Assembly (NCBI GenBank): GCA_964612075.1
Contig: CAZTFC010000001.1
Location: 31,129-95,128, forward strand
Length of the DNA: 64,000 nucleotides
Source: an uncultured bacterium
Lineage (GTDB): Bacteria; Desulfobacterota; Deferrimicrobia; Deferrimicrobiales; Deferrimicrobiaceae
Reading direction: 5' to 3'
The notes under the pieces were generated by a model. That model was not told the DNA's origin, made no database searches, and saw only the letters and a list, made by a program, of their open reading frames with translations. Shown here in pieces: positions 8,787-18,653 of this stretch. The position numbers and the translations under genes were made by a program. How positions within the stretch are numbered: the first letter of the stretch is position 1; the number at the start of each line of letters is the position of its first letter.

Positions 8787-10829
8787 ATGGTTTTCCCCGG
8801 AAACCACAAAAGGGACGAAGGTTTTTCAGCGCCGGAGGTGCCGCTTTCCCACGTGCCGCGGATCGCGCGGATCTGCGCGCTGGGGCTGGCTTTCGACGAG
8901 CTTTTCGGGGAGGTGTGCCGCGAGATCCGGTCCTTGAGCGGGGCCGACGAGTGCTTCCTCTACTTCCGCGGGGACGACGTGCGCGGGGACGCGTTCCGCC
9001 GGGGGGCATGCGCCGGCGCGGCCGAGGGGAGCCCGGACCCGTACCTTCCCGGGCTGCGCATGGACCGTCTCCTCGAACGCATGCGGGGGGAGGGAACGAT
9101 ACGCGCCGACGACGTCGCACTCGCCCCCCCCGCGGACCCCTTGAAGGAGATCCTCGAAAGCCGGCCCGTCCGTTCCGCGCTCCTGGTCCCCTTGAAGTTC
9201 GGGACCGACATGCAGGGGTTCGTCGCGCTCCACGCCACGGGGGCGCCGAAGCGGTGGGACAACGACGTCCTGCGGGCCCTGGACCTCGTGGCGGCGATCC
9301 TCGCCGCCGCGCTCGACCGGAAGCGGACGGAGGAGCGCCTCCGCGCCTCCGAGGCCCGTTACCGCTTCATCACGGAGAACTCGCCGGACCTCATCTCCCT
9401 GCACGACGCCTCGGGACGCATCCTCTACGCGAACCCCGCCTCCCTTTCCCTGCTGGGGATCCAGCCCGGGGCGATGGCGGGGACGCCCGTCGAGTCGTTC
9501 CTCCATCCCGAGGACGCGGGGAAGGTCGTGGCGGACACCCGGCGGGTCGCGGAGGGAGGGCGGGGGGTGGTCCTCTGTTTCCGGATGCGCCGCGCGGACG
9601 GCTCGTTCGTCGAGGTGGAATCCTCGGCGACGCCCGCCCTCGGGGAGACGGGGGAGGGGCTGCGGGTGCTCCGCGTGACGCGCGACGTCTCCGAGCGGGT
9701 GCGGACGGAGAGCATCCTGCGGGAGAACCACCGGCGCACGACGGTCGGCATGCTGGCGGGCGGCGTGGCCCACGAATTCAACAACCTCCTGGCGGGGATC
9801 CAGGGGGCCGTCGAGATGCTCTCCATGGTCGTCGTGGAGAACCCGAAGGCCAGGACGTACCTCGACGTGATCCTGCGGATGGGGAACCGGGCGATCGAGC
9901 TCACCCACCAGCTCCTCGCGTACGCGCGCCAGGGGAAGTACGCCCCGGCGGTGATCCCGGTCAAGGAGATCGTGGGCGACGCGGTCTCCGCGCTGGGCGC
10001 CTCCCTCCCCGCAGGCGTCGAGATTTCCGTCGAGGTCGAGGAGGGGATCCCCCACGTTTTCGTCGACGCCCAGCAGATGCGCCAGGTCCTGATGGGACTG
10101 TGCCTGAACGGCGCGGAAGCGATGCCCGGGGGCGGCCGGATCTCCGTGCGGGCGCGCCGCGAGGCGGGGGGGAACCGCATCGTCATCGAGGTCTCCGACA
10201 CCGGGCCGGGGATCGACGCGGAGACGATGCCGCGGATCTTCGAGCCGTTCTTCTCGACGAAGAGCGCGGGGCGGGGGATGGGGCTTGCGGCGATTCGCGG
10301 GATCGTCGAGAACCACGAGGGCGAGATCCGCGCCGAGTCGCGGCCGGGGGGAGGCGCGACCTTCACGGTCGTGCTTCCGGTCAGCGCGGAGCGGCGCAAG
10401 TCGATACGCCAGCTCTCCGTCGGCGCCGCCCCCGGCACGGGGACGGTCCTGCTGGCCGAAGACGAGCAGGACGTGCGGTCCGTGGTGCGCGCCATGCTCG
10501 AGTCGCTCGGGTACTCCGTGGTTGAGGCGGGGGACGGGTGGGAAGCGGTGGAGCAGTTCCGGCAGCGTCAATCGGACATCGACCTCGTTCTGATGGACAT
10601 GGTGATGCCCCGGCTGTCGGGAGAAGGTGCCCTGGACGAGATCCGGCGCATCGCGCCCGGCGTGCCCGCCGTCCTGATCAGCGGGTACGACCAGGGGGGA
10701 CGGATCGACGGGATCGTCGAATCGGGGTTCGGCGGGTTCCTGAGGAAGCCTTTCCGGCGGCAGGACCTCGAGTCCAAGATCGGGGAAGTGCTCGGCTCCG
10801 CGGCCGCGCATCGCGGGGATCGCCCGTGA
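8787..10829 (+). CDS. Hybrid sensor histidine kinase (GAF - PAS - HisKA - HATPase_c - receiver)
   Basis: The track ORF 7596..10829 was trimmed to the in-frame ATG at 8787, because the upstream 400 codons overlap tal and cannot be coding. The GAF region, PAS region (RYRFITENSPDLI), H-box (HEFNNLL), G-box (DTGPGI...GRGMGL) and C-terminal receiver domain (LLAEDE...D) are all present. Confidence 0.85.
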   Translation: MVFPGNHKRDEGFSAPEVPLSHVPRIARICALGLAFDELFGEVCREIRSLSGADECFLYFRGDDVRGDAFRRGACAGAAEGSPDPYLPGLRMDRLLERMRGEGTIRADDVALAPPADPLKEILESRPVRSALLVPLKFGTDMQGFVALHATGAPKRWDNDVLRALDLVAAILAAALDRKRTEERLRASEARYRFITENSPDLISLHDASGRILYANPASLSLLGIQPGAMAGTPVESFLHPEDAGKVVADTRRVAEGGRGVVLCFRMRRADGSFVEVESSATPALGETGEGLRVLRVTRDVSERVRTESILRENHRRTTVGMLAGGVAHEFNNLLAGIQGAVEMLSMVVVENPKARTYLDVILRMGNRAIELTHQLLAYARQGKYAPAVIPVKEIVGDAVSALGASLPAGVEISVEVEEGIPHVFVDAQQMRQVLMGLCLNGAEAMPGGGRISVRARREAGGNRIVIEVSDTGPGIDAETMPRIFEPFFSTKSAGRGMGLAAIRGIVENHEGEIRAESRPGGGATFTVVLPVSAERRKSIRQLSVGAAPGTGTVLLAEDEQDVRSVVRAMLESLGYSVVEAGDGWEAVEQFRQRQSDIDLVLMDMVMPRLSGEGALDEIRRIAPGVPAVLISGYDQGGRIDGIVESGFGGFLRKPFRRQDLESKIGEVLGSAAAHRGDRP

Positions 10830-11731
10830 CGCTGCGGTTGGCCCTTTCGCTGCTTCTCGCGGCGGCGATCGCATCCTCGTGCTCCCCCCGGAAATTCGTG
10901 GCGTCCCGGGCGGCGGACGCGCTGGCCTCGGGAGGGGACGCCTTCGCGCGCGACGACGACCCCGAACTGGTGCGCGACGCGATCCCCTTCGCCCTGAAGG
11001 CGATGGAGTCGCTCCTCGCGGAGCGGCCGGAGCACAAGGGGCTCCTCGCGGCCCTCGCGAAGGGGTTCACCCAGTACGCGGTCGCGTTCGTCCTGCAGGA
11101 CGCGCTGGAGGCGGGCGACCCGGCGGCGCGCGCCGAGGGCACGGACCGTGCGAGGCGGCTGCTGCTGCGCGCGAAGGGATACGGCCTCCGGGGCCTCTCG
11201 GCCGGCCGGCCCGGCTTCGAATCGAGGCTGGCCGCCGACCCGGCAGGCGCGGCGGCCCTCGCGGGGCCCGAAGACGTCCCCCTCCTTTACTGGACCGCCG
11301 CCGCGTGGAGCGTCGCCGTGGCCCATTCCCCGGACGACCCCGCGCTGCTGGCGGACCTGCCGCGGTGCGAGGCGCTCATGCGGCGGGCGCTTTCCCTCGA
11401 GGAGGGGTACGACTCCGGGGCGATCCACGAATATTTCGTCGCGTTCGAGGGGGGCCGCCCCGCGGCGATGGGCGGGTCGGCGGAGAAGGCCCGCCGGCAT
11501 TTCGAGCGCGCGATGGAGCTTTCGGGGGGGAAGCGGGTCTCCCCCCTGGTGACGTACGCGGAAACGGTGTCGGTCCGTGCGCAGGACCGGAAAGGATTCC
11601 TCGGTCTTCTCGACCGGGCGCTGTCGTTCGACGCCCGCGGGACGGCGCCGGAACACCGGATGGCGAACCTCGTCGCCCAGCGGCGCGCGCGCTGGCTGAA
11701 AGGAAGGGCGGATGACCTGTTCCTCGATTAG
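10826..11731 (+). CDS. TatT-type TPR lipoprotein (TRAP-associated tetratricopeptide protein, TPAT system T component)
   Basis: GTG start overlapping the kinase stop (GTGA). It has a lipoprotein signal peptide with lipobox (LAAAIASSC) and a helical, TPR-like, Ala/Leu-rich body. It lies immediately upstream of a DctP-family binding protein and a fused DctQM permease, the architecture of Treponema TatT/TatP systems. Confidence 0.7.
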   Translation: MTLRLALSLLLAAAIASSCSPRKFVASRAADALASGGDAFARDDDPELVRDAIPFALKAMESLLAERPEHKGLLAALAKGFTQYAVAFVLQDALEAGDPAARAEGTDRARRLLLRAKGYGLRGLSAGRPGFESRLAADPAGAAALAGPEDVPLLYWTAAAWSVAVAHSPDDPALLADLPRCEALMRRALSLEEGYDSGAIHEYFVAFEGGRPAAMGGSAEKARRHFERAMELSGGKRVSPLVTYAETVSVRAQDRKGFLGLLDRALSFDARGTAPEHRMANLVAQRRARWLKGRADDLFLD

Positions 11732-12743
11732 GCGGTCGGTCCCCGCGGCGCTGCTCGCCGCGGTCCTGTGGGCGTCCTCGGCCGCCGCGGCGCCCACGGT
11801 GGTGAAGATGGCGACCCTCGCGCCGGAGGGCTCCTCCTGGTTCAAGGTGCTCCAGGAGATGGGGGAGGAATGGAAGAAGGCCTCCGGCGGGACGGTCGCG
11901 CTGAAGATCTACCCGGGCGGCGTCGCCGGCGACGAGGACGCGATGATCCGGAAGATGCGCATCGGCCAGATCCAGGCCGCCGCCATCACCGGCATGGGGC
12001 TGGCGTACCTCGACCGGTCGTTCTTCGCGCTGCACATCCCGATGATGTTCGCGTCGGACGAGGAGTTCGAGTACGTCCGCGACCGGTACGCCCCCGTCCT
12101 CGAGGCGCGGCTGGCGGAGAAGGGGTTCGTCGTCCTGAACTGGGGCGACGCCGGGTGGGTCCACTTCTTCACGAAATCCCCGGTGGTCACTCCGGCCGAG
12201 GCCAAGGCGCTGAAGCTCTTCCTGTCGTCCTCCGGGGGCGACCCGACCCTGCTGCAGCTCTACAAGGAAACGGGCTTCCACCCCGTCCCGCTTTCCGTGA
12301 ACGACCTGCTTCCCGGCCTCCAGACGGGGATGGTGAACGGCTACAACGCCACCCCGCTGGTTTCCCTGGCGTTCCAGTGGTTCGGGCTGGCGCCCCACAT
12401 GGCGGACCTGCGGTGGGCGCCGCTGACGGGGGCGACGGTGATCGAGAAGAAGGCCTGGGAGAAGATCCCGGCCGACCTGCGCGGGAAGCTCCTCGAGGCG
12501 TCCCGCGACGCGGGCAGGAAGCTCCACGTCGAGGTGCGCCGCCTGAACCAGGAGGCGATCGGGGTGATGGTGAAGAACGGGCTGAAGATCCACAAGGTGC
12601 CCCCCGACGTGCAGGCCCAGTGGCGCAGGATGGTCGAGGACATCCACCCGAAGGTCCGCGGCGGGATCATGCCGGCGGAGGCGTTCGACGCGGTGAAGAA
12701 GTACCGGGACGAGTACCGCGCCGGAAAGGGCGGGCCCAGGTAA
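11712..12743 (+). CDS. TRAP transporter substrate-binding protein (DctP/TatP family)
   Basis: 343-aa ORF with a signal peptide and DctP-family SBP similarity. It overlaps the TatT 3' end by 20 nt. Confidence 0.85.
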   Translation: MTCSSIRRSVPAALLAAVLWASSAAAAPTVVKMATLAPEGSSWFKVLQEMGEEWKKASGGTVALKIYPGGVAGDEDAMIRKMRIGQIQAAAITGMGLAYLDRSFFALHIPMMFASDEEFEYVRDRYAPVLEARLAEKGFVVLNWGDAGWVHFFTKSPVVTPAEAKALKLFLSSSGGDPTLLQLYKETGFHPVPLSVNDLLPGLQTGMVNGYNATPLVSLAFQWFGLAPHMADLRWAPLTGATVIEKKAWEKIPADLRGKLLEASRDAGRKLHVEVRRLNQEAIGVMVKNGLKIHKVPPDVQAQWRRMVEDIHPKVRGGIMPAEAFDAVKKYRDEYRAGKGGPR

Positions 12744-12745
12744 CC

Positions 12746-14578
12746 TTGACCGCGCTCCCTTCGTTTTCCCCCAAGGTGGACCGGCCTCCCGCGGTCCCGG
12801 CCGCCCGCTTCGAGAACGCGGTTTCGGTCGCCATCCTCGTCGGAATGGCGCTGCTGCCGATCCTGGAGATCGTCGGGCGCCGCCTGTGGCGCACCGGCAT
12901 CCCCGGGTCGCACGCGCTCGTCCAGCACGCGACCCTCTGGATCGGGTGCCTCGGCGGGGCGATCGCCGCGCGCGACGGCCGCCTCCTCTCGCTGGGGCAC
13001 CTCGCCGACCGGTTCCCCGCGCCGTACAACGGGATCCTCAACGGCTTCTCCGCGGCGGTCTCCACGGCGCTCACGCTTGCGCTTTCGTGGTCCGGCTTTC
13101 AGCTCGTCCGGGCGGAGTGGGCCGACCGGCACGATGTGGTCCCGTTCCTCCCGCTGTGGGTCGCGGAGAGCGCGATCCCGGCGGGGTTCCTCCTCATCGC
13201 GTGGCGCATCGTCCGCAGGGTCTCCCCGGAATGGTACGGGCGCGCGGCTACGGCCGCCGCCGCGGCCGCCTTCGCCGCCTTCCTCGCGTCGGATCTCCTC
13301 CTCGCGCCGGGGCCGTTCGCCGCGGCGATCGCCCTGTTCTGCGCCGCCGTCGTCCTCGGGGCGCCGCTCTTCGTCGCGCTCGGCGGGCTGGCGGTGCTGC
13401 TCTTCCGCCACGCGGACGTCCCCCTGGCCGCGGTCTCCGCCGAGATCTACCGCCTCGTGACCTCCCCGACCCTCCCCACGATCCCGCTCTTCGCCTTCGC
13501 GGGGTACATCCTCACGGTGGGGAACGTCTCCCGGCGGCTCGTCCGCTTCTTCCGGGCGATCGTCGGCTGGATGCCCGGCGGGATCGCCGTCGTCACGGTC
13601 ATCGTGTGCACCTTCTTCACGACCTTCACCGGCGCCTCCGGGGTCACGATCGTCGCGCTGGGCGGGATCCTGCTGCCGGCGCTCCTCGAGGAGCGATACC
13701 CGGAGCGGTTCTCCCTGGGGCTGCTCACCTCGTCCGGCTCCCTGGGGCTGCTTTTCCCCCCGTGCCTGCCGGTCATCCTGTACGGCGTCGTCGCGGGGAT
13801 CGCCGTGGACAAGATGTTCCTCGGGGGGCTGCTTCCCGGCGTCTTCCTCACCCTGATCATGGCGGCGTGGGCCGTCGCGTCGGGGGTCCGGGCGGGCGCG
13901 CAGCGGACGCGGTTCTCCTTCCGCGAGCTCGGGGCCGCGGCGTGGGAGGCGAAGTGGGACCTCCTGCTTCCCGTGATCGTGCTGGCGGGGATCTTCGGCG
14001 GCTTCGCGACGACCGTCGAGGCGGCGTCGCTCACGGTGCTCTACGCCGCGCTGGTCGAGCTGCTCGTTCAGCGCGACGTCGCCCCGCGCCGGCTTCTCAA
14101 GGTCGCGGGGATGGAGACCATCCGCCTCGTCGGCGGGTTCCTCCTCCTGCTGGCGGCGGCCACCGGCCTTACCGGCTACATGGTGGACGCGGGCGTCCCG
14201 CAGGCGATCCTCGAATGGGTCCGGCAGGCGATCAGCTCGAAGGTCGCCTTCCTCCTCGCGCTCAACGCCTTCCTGCTGGCGATCGGCGGCTTCATGCACA
14301 TCTTCTCCGCGATCGTGATCATCGTCCCGATCATCGCCCCGCTGGCCGCGGCCTACGGCATCCACCCCGTGCACATGGGGATCATCTTCCTGGCGAACCT
14401 CGAGATCGGCTTCCTCATGCCGCCGGTCGGGATGAACCTGTTCATGTCCGCGTACCGGTTCGAGAAGCCGTTCGGGCAGGTGGTCCTCTCCGTCCTGCCG
14501 TTCCTGCTCCTGCTGCTGGCCGGCGTCCTCGTCATCACCTACGTCCCGGAGCTCACCACCGCGCTGCTGCCGGAATAG
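12746..14578 (+). CDS. TRAP transporter fused permease (DctQ small plus DctM large subunits)
   Basis: The track ORF 11768..14578 was trimmed. The DctQ-like 4-TM N-terminus is followed by a DctM-like 12-TM domain. The start is uncertain: TTG at 12746 directly after the SBP stop, or GTG about 12776. Confidence 0.8.
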   Translation: MTALPSFSPKVDRPPAVPAARFENAVSVAILVGMALLPILEIVGRRLWRTGIPGSHALVQHATLWIGCLGGAIAARDGRLLSLGHLADRFPAPYNGILNGFSAAVSTALTLALSWSGFQLVRAEWADRHDVVPFLPLWVAESAIPAGFLLIAWRIVRRVSPEWYGRAATAAAAAAFAAFLASDLLLAPGPFAAAIALFCAAVVLGAPLFVALGGLAVLLFRHADVPLAAVSAEIYRLVTSPTLPTIPLFAFAGYILTVGNVSRRLVRFFRAIVGWMPGGIAVVTVIVCTFFTTFTGASGVTIVALGGILLPALLEERYPERFSLGLLTSSGSLGLLFPPCLPVILYGVVAGIAVDKMFLGGLLPGVFLTLIMAAWAVASGVRAGAQRTRFSFRELGAAAWEAKWDLLLPVIVLAGIFGGFATTVEAASLTVLYAALVELLVQRDVAPRRLLKVAGMETIRLVGGFLLLLAAATGLTGYMVDAGVPQAILEWVRQAISSKVAFLLALNAFLLAIGGFMHIFSAIVIIVPIIAPLAAAYGIHPVHMGIIFLANLEIGFLMPPVGMNLFMSAYRFEKPFGQVVLSVLPFLLLLLAGVLVITYVPELTTALLPE

Positions 14579-14628
14579 CATGGTATAGTGTCTGTAACAA
14601 TTCCCGGATATCCCCCAAGGAGACGAAG

Positions 14629-15189
14629 ATGCTGAACACAGGGGAGTGCATCCTCTATAGCGGAAGTGCCCCCGGCGCCGAGGCCGAATTCGGCGCCCAG
14701 GCGGAGGCCCACGGCATCGAGGAAGTCAACTACACGTACGAGGGCCGCGTGCCCGCCCGGACCCGGGGGATCCGGGTTCTTTCCGGGGAGGAACTGGCGA
14801 AGGGGGACGTGAGCCTCACCTACGTCTCCCGGCTCCTGAACCGGTCCTACACCGACGCGCCGACGATCCGGAAGGTGCTCCAGACCATCTGGTACCAGGT
14901 CAATTCCGGCCAGGAGATGTACGTGGTCGGTTCGATCCTTCCCGACGGAACCGTCAAGGGAGGAACCGGATGGGGGGCGGAGTTCGCCAAGCTCTGCAAC
15001 AAGCCGGTCTTCGTCTTCGACCAGGGGAAGAACGCCTGGTTCGCCTGGAAGGACGAGAAGTGGGTCCTCCCGGAAGGCGGGCAGGCGATCCGCATTGGGA
15101 ACCCCCGCTTCACGGGGACGGGCACCCGCCTCCTCGAGGAAACCGGCCGGAAGGCGATCCGGGAGCTCTTCGCCCGCTCCTTTGCGTGA
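14629..15189 (+). CDS. Hypothetical small protein, possibly a SLOG/DprA/LOG-like Rossmann-fold domain
   Basis: 186-aa ORF trimmed from the track ORF 12886..15189 to the ATG that has a strong SD (AAGGAG). Motifs [15 protein letters not shown] and [22 protein letters not shown] resemble the Gly-rich loops of DprA/LOG-type Rossmann domains. The function call is weak. Confidence 0.55.
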   Translation: MLNTGECILYSGSAPGAEAEFGAQAEAHGIEEVNYTYEGRVPARTRGIRVLSGEELAKGDVSLTYVSRLLNRSYTDAPTIRKVLQTIWYQVNSGQEMYVVGSILPDGTVKGGTGWGAEFAKLCNKPVFVFDQGKNAWFAWKDEKWVLPEGGQAIRIGNPRFTGTGTRLLEETGRKAIRELFARSFA

Positions 15190-15196
15190 GAACGCC

Positions 15197-17011
15197 ATGA
15201 CGCCGGCGGCCGTCACCCCCATCCGCAACGTCGCGATCATCGCCCACGTCGACCACGGGAAGACCACCCTGGTCGACGGGATGCTGCGGCAGAGCGGCAT
15301 CTTCCGCGAGCACCAGGCCGTCGTCGAGCGGGTGATGGACAACATCGACCTCGAGCGGGAGAAGGGGATCACGATCATGGCGAAGAACACCGCCGTGGTC
15401 TACCGGGGAGTCAAGATCAACATCGTGGACACCCCCGGGCACGCCGACTTCGGCGGCGAGGTGGAGCGGACGCTGAAGATGGTGGACGGCGTGCTGCTGC
15501 TGGTCGACGCCTCCGAGGGGCCGCTGCCGCAGACCCGCTTCGTGCTCAAGAAAGCGCTCGAGCGGGAGCTCCCGGTCATCCTGGTCATCAACAAGATCGA
15601 CCGCCCCGACGCCCGGATCGACGAGGTCCTCGACGAGGTCTACGACCTCTTCATCGACCTCGATGCGACGGAGGACCAGCTCGACTTCCCCGTCCTCCTG
15701 GCCAACGCGCGGGCGGGGACCGCCGCCCTCCGGGGCGAAGGGCCGGGGCGCAGCCTCCAGCCGCTCTTCGAGGCGATCCTCTCCCACGTGCCGCCGCCGA
15801 CGGGCGACCCGTCGAATACCCTCCAGTTCCTGGTGACCAACCTCGACTACAGCGACTACGTCGGCCGGCTGGCCGTCGGGCGGATCTTCGAGGGGACGCT
15901 GCGCGCGGCGTCGACCGTTTCCCTCTGCGGCACCGGGGATTCGTCGAAGAAGGTCAAGGTGGCGCTGCTCTACGGGTTCGAGGGGCTCTCCCGCATGGAG
16001 ATCCCCGAGGCGGGCGCGGGCGACATCGTGGCGGTGGCCGGGATCGAGGACGTGACGATCGGGGACACGCTCTCCGACGCGGAGGCGCCCGTTCCCCTGC
16101 CGCGCATCGCGGTCGACGAGCCCACCGTGTCGATGGTCTTCTCCGTGAACACCTCCCCGTTCGCGGGGAAGGAGGGGCGGTTCGTCACGTCGCGCCAGCT
16201 TCGCGCCCGGCTGGAGAAGGAGCTCTTGGGGAACGTTTCGTTGAGGATCGATTTCTCCGGCACCGACGCGTTCACCGTGATGGGGCGCGGGGAGCTGCAG
16301 CTGGCGATCCTCATCGAGATGATGCGGCGGGAGGGGTTCGAGCTCTCCGTCTCCCGGCCCGAGGTGGTGACGAAGGACGTGGGCGGGGTGCTGATGGAGC
16401 CGGTGGAGCTTCTGTTCGTGGACGTCCCCGACGGGTACCTCGGCGCGGTGACGCAGGCGCTGGGCGAGAGGCGGGCGAAGATGACGAAGATGGTCAACCC
16501 GGGGCAGGGGCGCGTCCGTATGGAGTACCGCATCCCCTCGCGCGGCCTCATCGGCTTCCGCTCGGACTTCCTGACGCTGACCCGCGGGACGGGGCTGATG
16601 AACCACCTTTTCGGCGGTCACGAGCCGTGGGGCGGGCCGATCCCGGAGCGGGTCAACGGGGCGCTGGTGGCCGACCGCGTCGGCCGGGCGACGGCGTACG
16701 CCATCTTCCACCTGCAGTCCCGGGGGATCTTCTTCATCGGCGAGGGGGAGCAGGTCTACGAGGGGATGATCGTTGGCGAGAACTCCCGTCCGAACGACAT
16801 CGATATCAATATCACCAAGGAAAAGAAGCTCACCAACATCCGCGCCGCCGGGGCCGACGAGGCGCTCCGGCTGGTTCCCCCGAAGATCTTCTCCCTGGAG
16901 GCCGCGCTCGAGTGGATCAACAAGGACGAGCTGGTGGAGATCACCCCCTCCTCGGTCCGCATGCGGAAGAAGATCCTGAAGGGCGACGACCGCCCCCGCA
17001 AGAAGGAATGA
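15197..17011 (+). CDS. typA: Translational GTPase TypA/BipA
   Basis: The track ORF 15095..17011 was trimmed to ATG 15197. The G-domain ([18 protein letters not shown]) and EF-G-like domains are present. Confidence 0.95.
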   Translation: MTPAAVTPIRNVAIIAHVDHGKTTLVDGMLRQSGIFREHQAVVERVMDNIDLEREKGITIMAKNTAVVYRGVKINIVDTPGHADFGGEVERTLKMVDGVLLLVDASEGPLPQTRFVLKKALERELPVILVINKIDRPDARIDEVLDEVYDLFIDLDATEDQLDFPVLLANARAGTAALRGEGPGRSLQPLFEAILSHVPPPTGDPSNTLQFLVTNLDYSDYVGRLAVGRIFEGTLRAASTVSLCGTGDSSKKVKVALLYGFEGLSRMEIPEAGAGDIVAVAGIEDVTIGDTLSDAEAPVPLPRIAVDEPTVSMVFSVNTSPFAGKEGRFVTSRQLRARLEKELLGNVSLRIDFSGTDAFTVMGRGELQLAILIEMMRREGFELSVSRPEVVTKDVGGVLMEPVELLFVDVPDGYLGAVTQALGERRAKMTKMVNPGQGRVRMEYRIPSRGLIGFRSDFLTLTRGTGLMNHLFGGHEPWGGPIPERVNGALVADRVGRATAYAIFHLQSRGIFFIGEGEQVYEGMIVGENSRPNDIDINITKEKKLTNIRAAGADEALRLVPPKIFSLEAALEWINKDELVEITPSSVRMRKKILKGDDRPRKKE

Positions 17012-17051
17012 GATAGAATAGGGGGACATCCAGTCTTCGAGGGGGTTCCCC

Positions 17052-17567
17052 ATGCCGAGAGCCCAAGATTCACCCCCCAAGGAACATCCGGCCGCCAACG
17101 CCATCGCCCGCGCCCTGCGGTTCGAGAAGTCCGGGATGCGGTATTACGGGCTGGCCGCGTCGAAAGCCGCGGACCCGTTCGCCCGGAAGACGTTCGCCCT
17201 CCTCGCCGACATGGAGCGCAAGCACATGAGCGACATCCTGGAGATCGCCCGCCGGCTCGAGGGGGAGGGGAAGTTCCCCAAGGTTTCCGCGGAGGACAGC
17301 GAGGGGCGGATGCGCCTGTTCCGGCGGGAGATGGCGCGGATCCGCAAGGAGAAGACGATCTCGGGCGACTCGGCCGCCGCGATGCGGAAGGCGCTCGGGT
17401 TCGAGGCCGAGGTGCGGGAGATGTACGACCGCATGTCGAAGGCCGCCGCCGACCCGCAGGAGAGAAGGTTCTTCCGGCTCCTGTCGCTGGAAGAGCAGGC
17501 GCACTTCGAGATCGTCTACGAGTACCTCGACTACCTGGAGGCCGTCGGGCTGCGGATGCGCGAGTAA
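17052..17567 (+). CDS. Ferritin-like diiron protein (rubrerythrin family, without rubredoxin domain)
   Basis: 171-aa ORF with two E...ExxH half-sites (EKSG...MERKHM and EAEV...EEQAHF), typical of diiron four-helix-bundle proteins. Confidence 0.7.
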   Translation: MPRAQDSPPKEHPAANAIARALRFEKSGMRYYGLAASKAADPFARKTFALLADMERKHMSDILEIARRLEGEGKFPKVSAEDSEGRMRLFRREMARIRKEKTISGDSAAAMRKALGFEAEVREMYDRMSKAAADPQERRFFRLLSLEEQAHFEIVYEYLDYLEAVGLRMRE

Positions 17568-17841
17568 GGGCGGCCGCAAGGGGCGCATTCCTCGCGCGAG
17601 CAGCCCCATGCATCATACACGGGAAAGGGTCTCCTGTTCCGCGGCAGGGGTCCCTCGGAGCTACGGCTCGTCGGCCGTCCCTGGCCTCCTCGCCTGCGCT
17701 GTTTCTCCCTCCGCCCTCCTGGCTCTCGGTTCGAAACAGACGCCGCTCCTCACGACTCCTGCCGCTTCACGGGAGACTGCTTTCCCGGCATGAATCAATG
17801 GCATTGCTCGTGCGAGGAGGGCGCCCTTTGCGGCCGCTCCC
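17568..17841. repeat. About 275-bp imperfect long palindrome (nested inverted repeats) between convergent genes; candidate structured RNA, giant terminator or MITE-like element
   Basis: The outer arms 17568-17602 (GGGCGGCCGCAAGGGGCGCATTCCTCGCGCGAGCA) and 17803-17841 (reverse complement GGGAGCGGCCGCAAAGGGCGCCCTCCTCGCACGAGCA) pair, and there are at least three further nested arm pairs (17619-17640/17768-17789, 17643-17663/17745-17765, 17696-17705/17734-17744). Most of the outer-arm mismatches would be G.U pairs in a plus-strand RNA. A T-run (ACTGTTTTCG) follows on the plus strand. Confidence 0.45.
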
Positions 17842-17879
17842 GCATACTGTTTTCGTCCGCTGAAGGAGACGCCATCCGG

Positions 17880-18653
17880 TCACGGCGCCGCGTCGACCGG
17901 AACGAACGTCCCCCGGACCGCTCCGTCCTCGAGATCGATCCGGTAGAACCCCGTCCTCTGGAAGGGGAGGAAGGGGATCCGCTCGATCCCCGTCACGACC
18001 ACGAGGATCCCATCCCAGTCGTGCGCCAGGTTCATGTGCTCGTGGCCGGCCAGCACCGCGTCCACCCGGTGCTTTTTCAGGATGCGGAGCAGCTTCCGGC
18101 TCCGCTCCTCGTAGCCGGGGCGTGTCCCGTGGGGGCGGATCTCCCCGGTGGCGGGCGGGATGTGCATCGCCACGACAAGGAAGTCGATCCCGTCGCTTCC
18201 CTTCGGGTGCGCTGCCAGGTCGCGGTCGAGCCAGGCGAGGGTATTTTCCGTCAGCGACAATCCGGCGTTGTCCAGGACCGCGAAATGGGCGTCTTTGTGA
18301 TCGAAGGAATAGGAGGTCCCCGGCAGCCCGAACCGCCGCGCGAAACGCTCCACCGCCCCCTTCCCGATCCTGTCGCGGTTGCCGATGACCGGGTAGAGCG
18401 GCTTCCGGAACGACGCGGTCGCCTCGAGGAACCGGTCCCACTCTGCCTTCCGGCTCCGTTCGGTCATGTCGCCGACATGGACCAGGAATTCCATGTCGGA
18501 GCGGTCGACCGCCGAAAGGACCCGGGCGAAGAGGCCGGAGCGGTCGTCGTGGGTGTCCCCGGTGACGGCGAACGACCAGGCGAAGCCGTTCGCCGCGACG
18601 AAAAGGATCGCGAAAACTGCCCCGATTTTGTTGAAGGGGATTCGGCGTCTCAC
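17880..18653 (-). CDS. Secreted metallophosphoesterase (calcineurin-like phosphoesterase)
   Basis: The track ORF 17880..20009 was trimmed to the GTG that overlaps the MFS stop (GTGA). It has a signal peptide (IGAVFAILFVAANGFA) and the GDTHDD, GDMTER, GNRD and GHEH motifs of the metallophosphatase fold. Confidence 0.8.
   Translation of the reverse strand: MRRRIPFNKIGAVFAILFVAANGFAWSFAVTGDTHDDRSGLFARVLSAVDRSDMEFLVHVGDMTERSRKAEWDRFLEATASFRKPLYPVIGNRDRIGKGAVERFARRFGLPGTSYSFDHKDAHFAVLDNAGLSLTENTLAWLDRDLAAHPKGSDGIDFLVVAMHIPPATGEIRPHGTRPGYEERSRKLLRILKKHRVDAVLAGHEHMNLAHDWDGILVVVTGIERIPFLPFQRTGFYRIDLEDGAVRGTFVPVDAAP

Noticed and set aside
17608-17793. 61-aa ORF inside the convergent intergenic palindrome
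   Set aside because: It has no RBS, is low complexity, and lies within the palindromic element. More likely non-coding.
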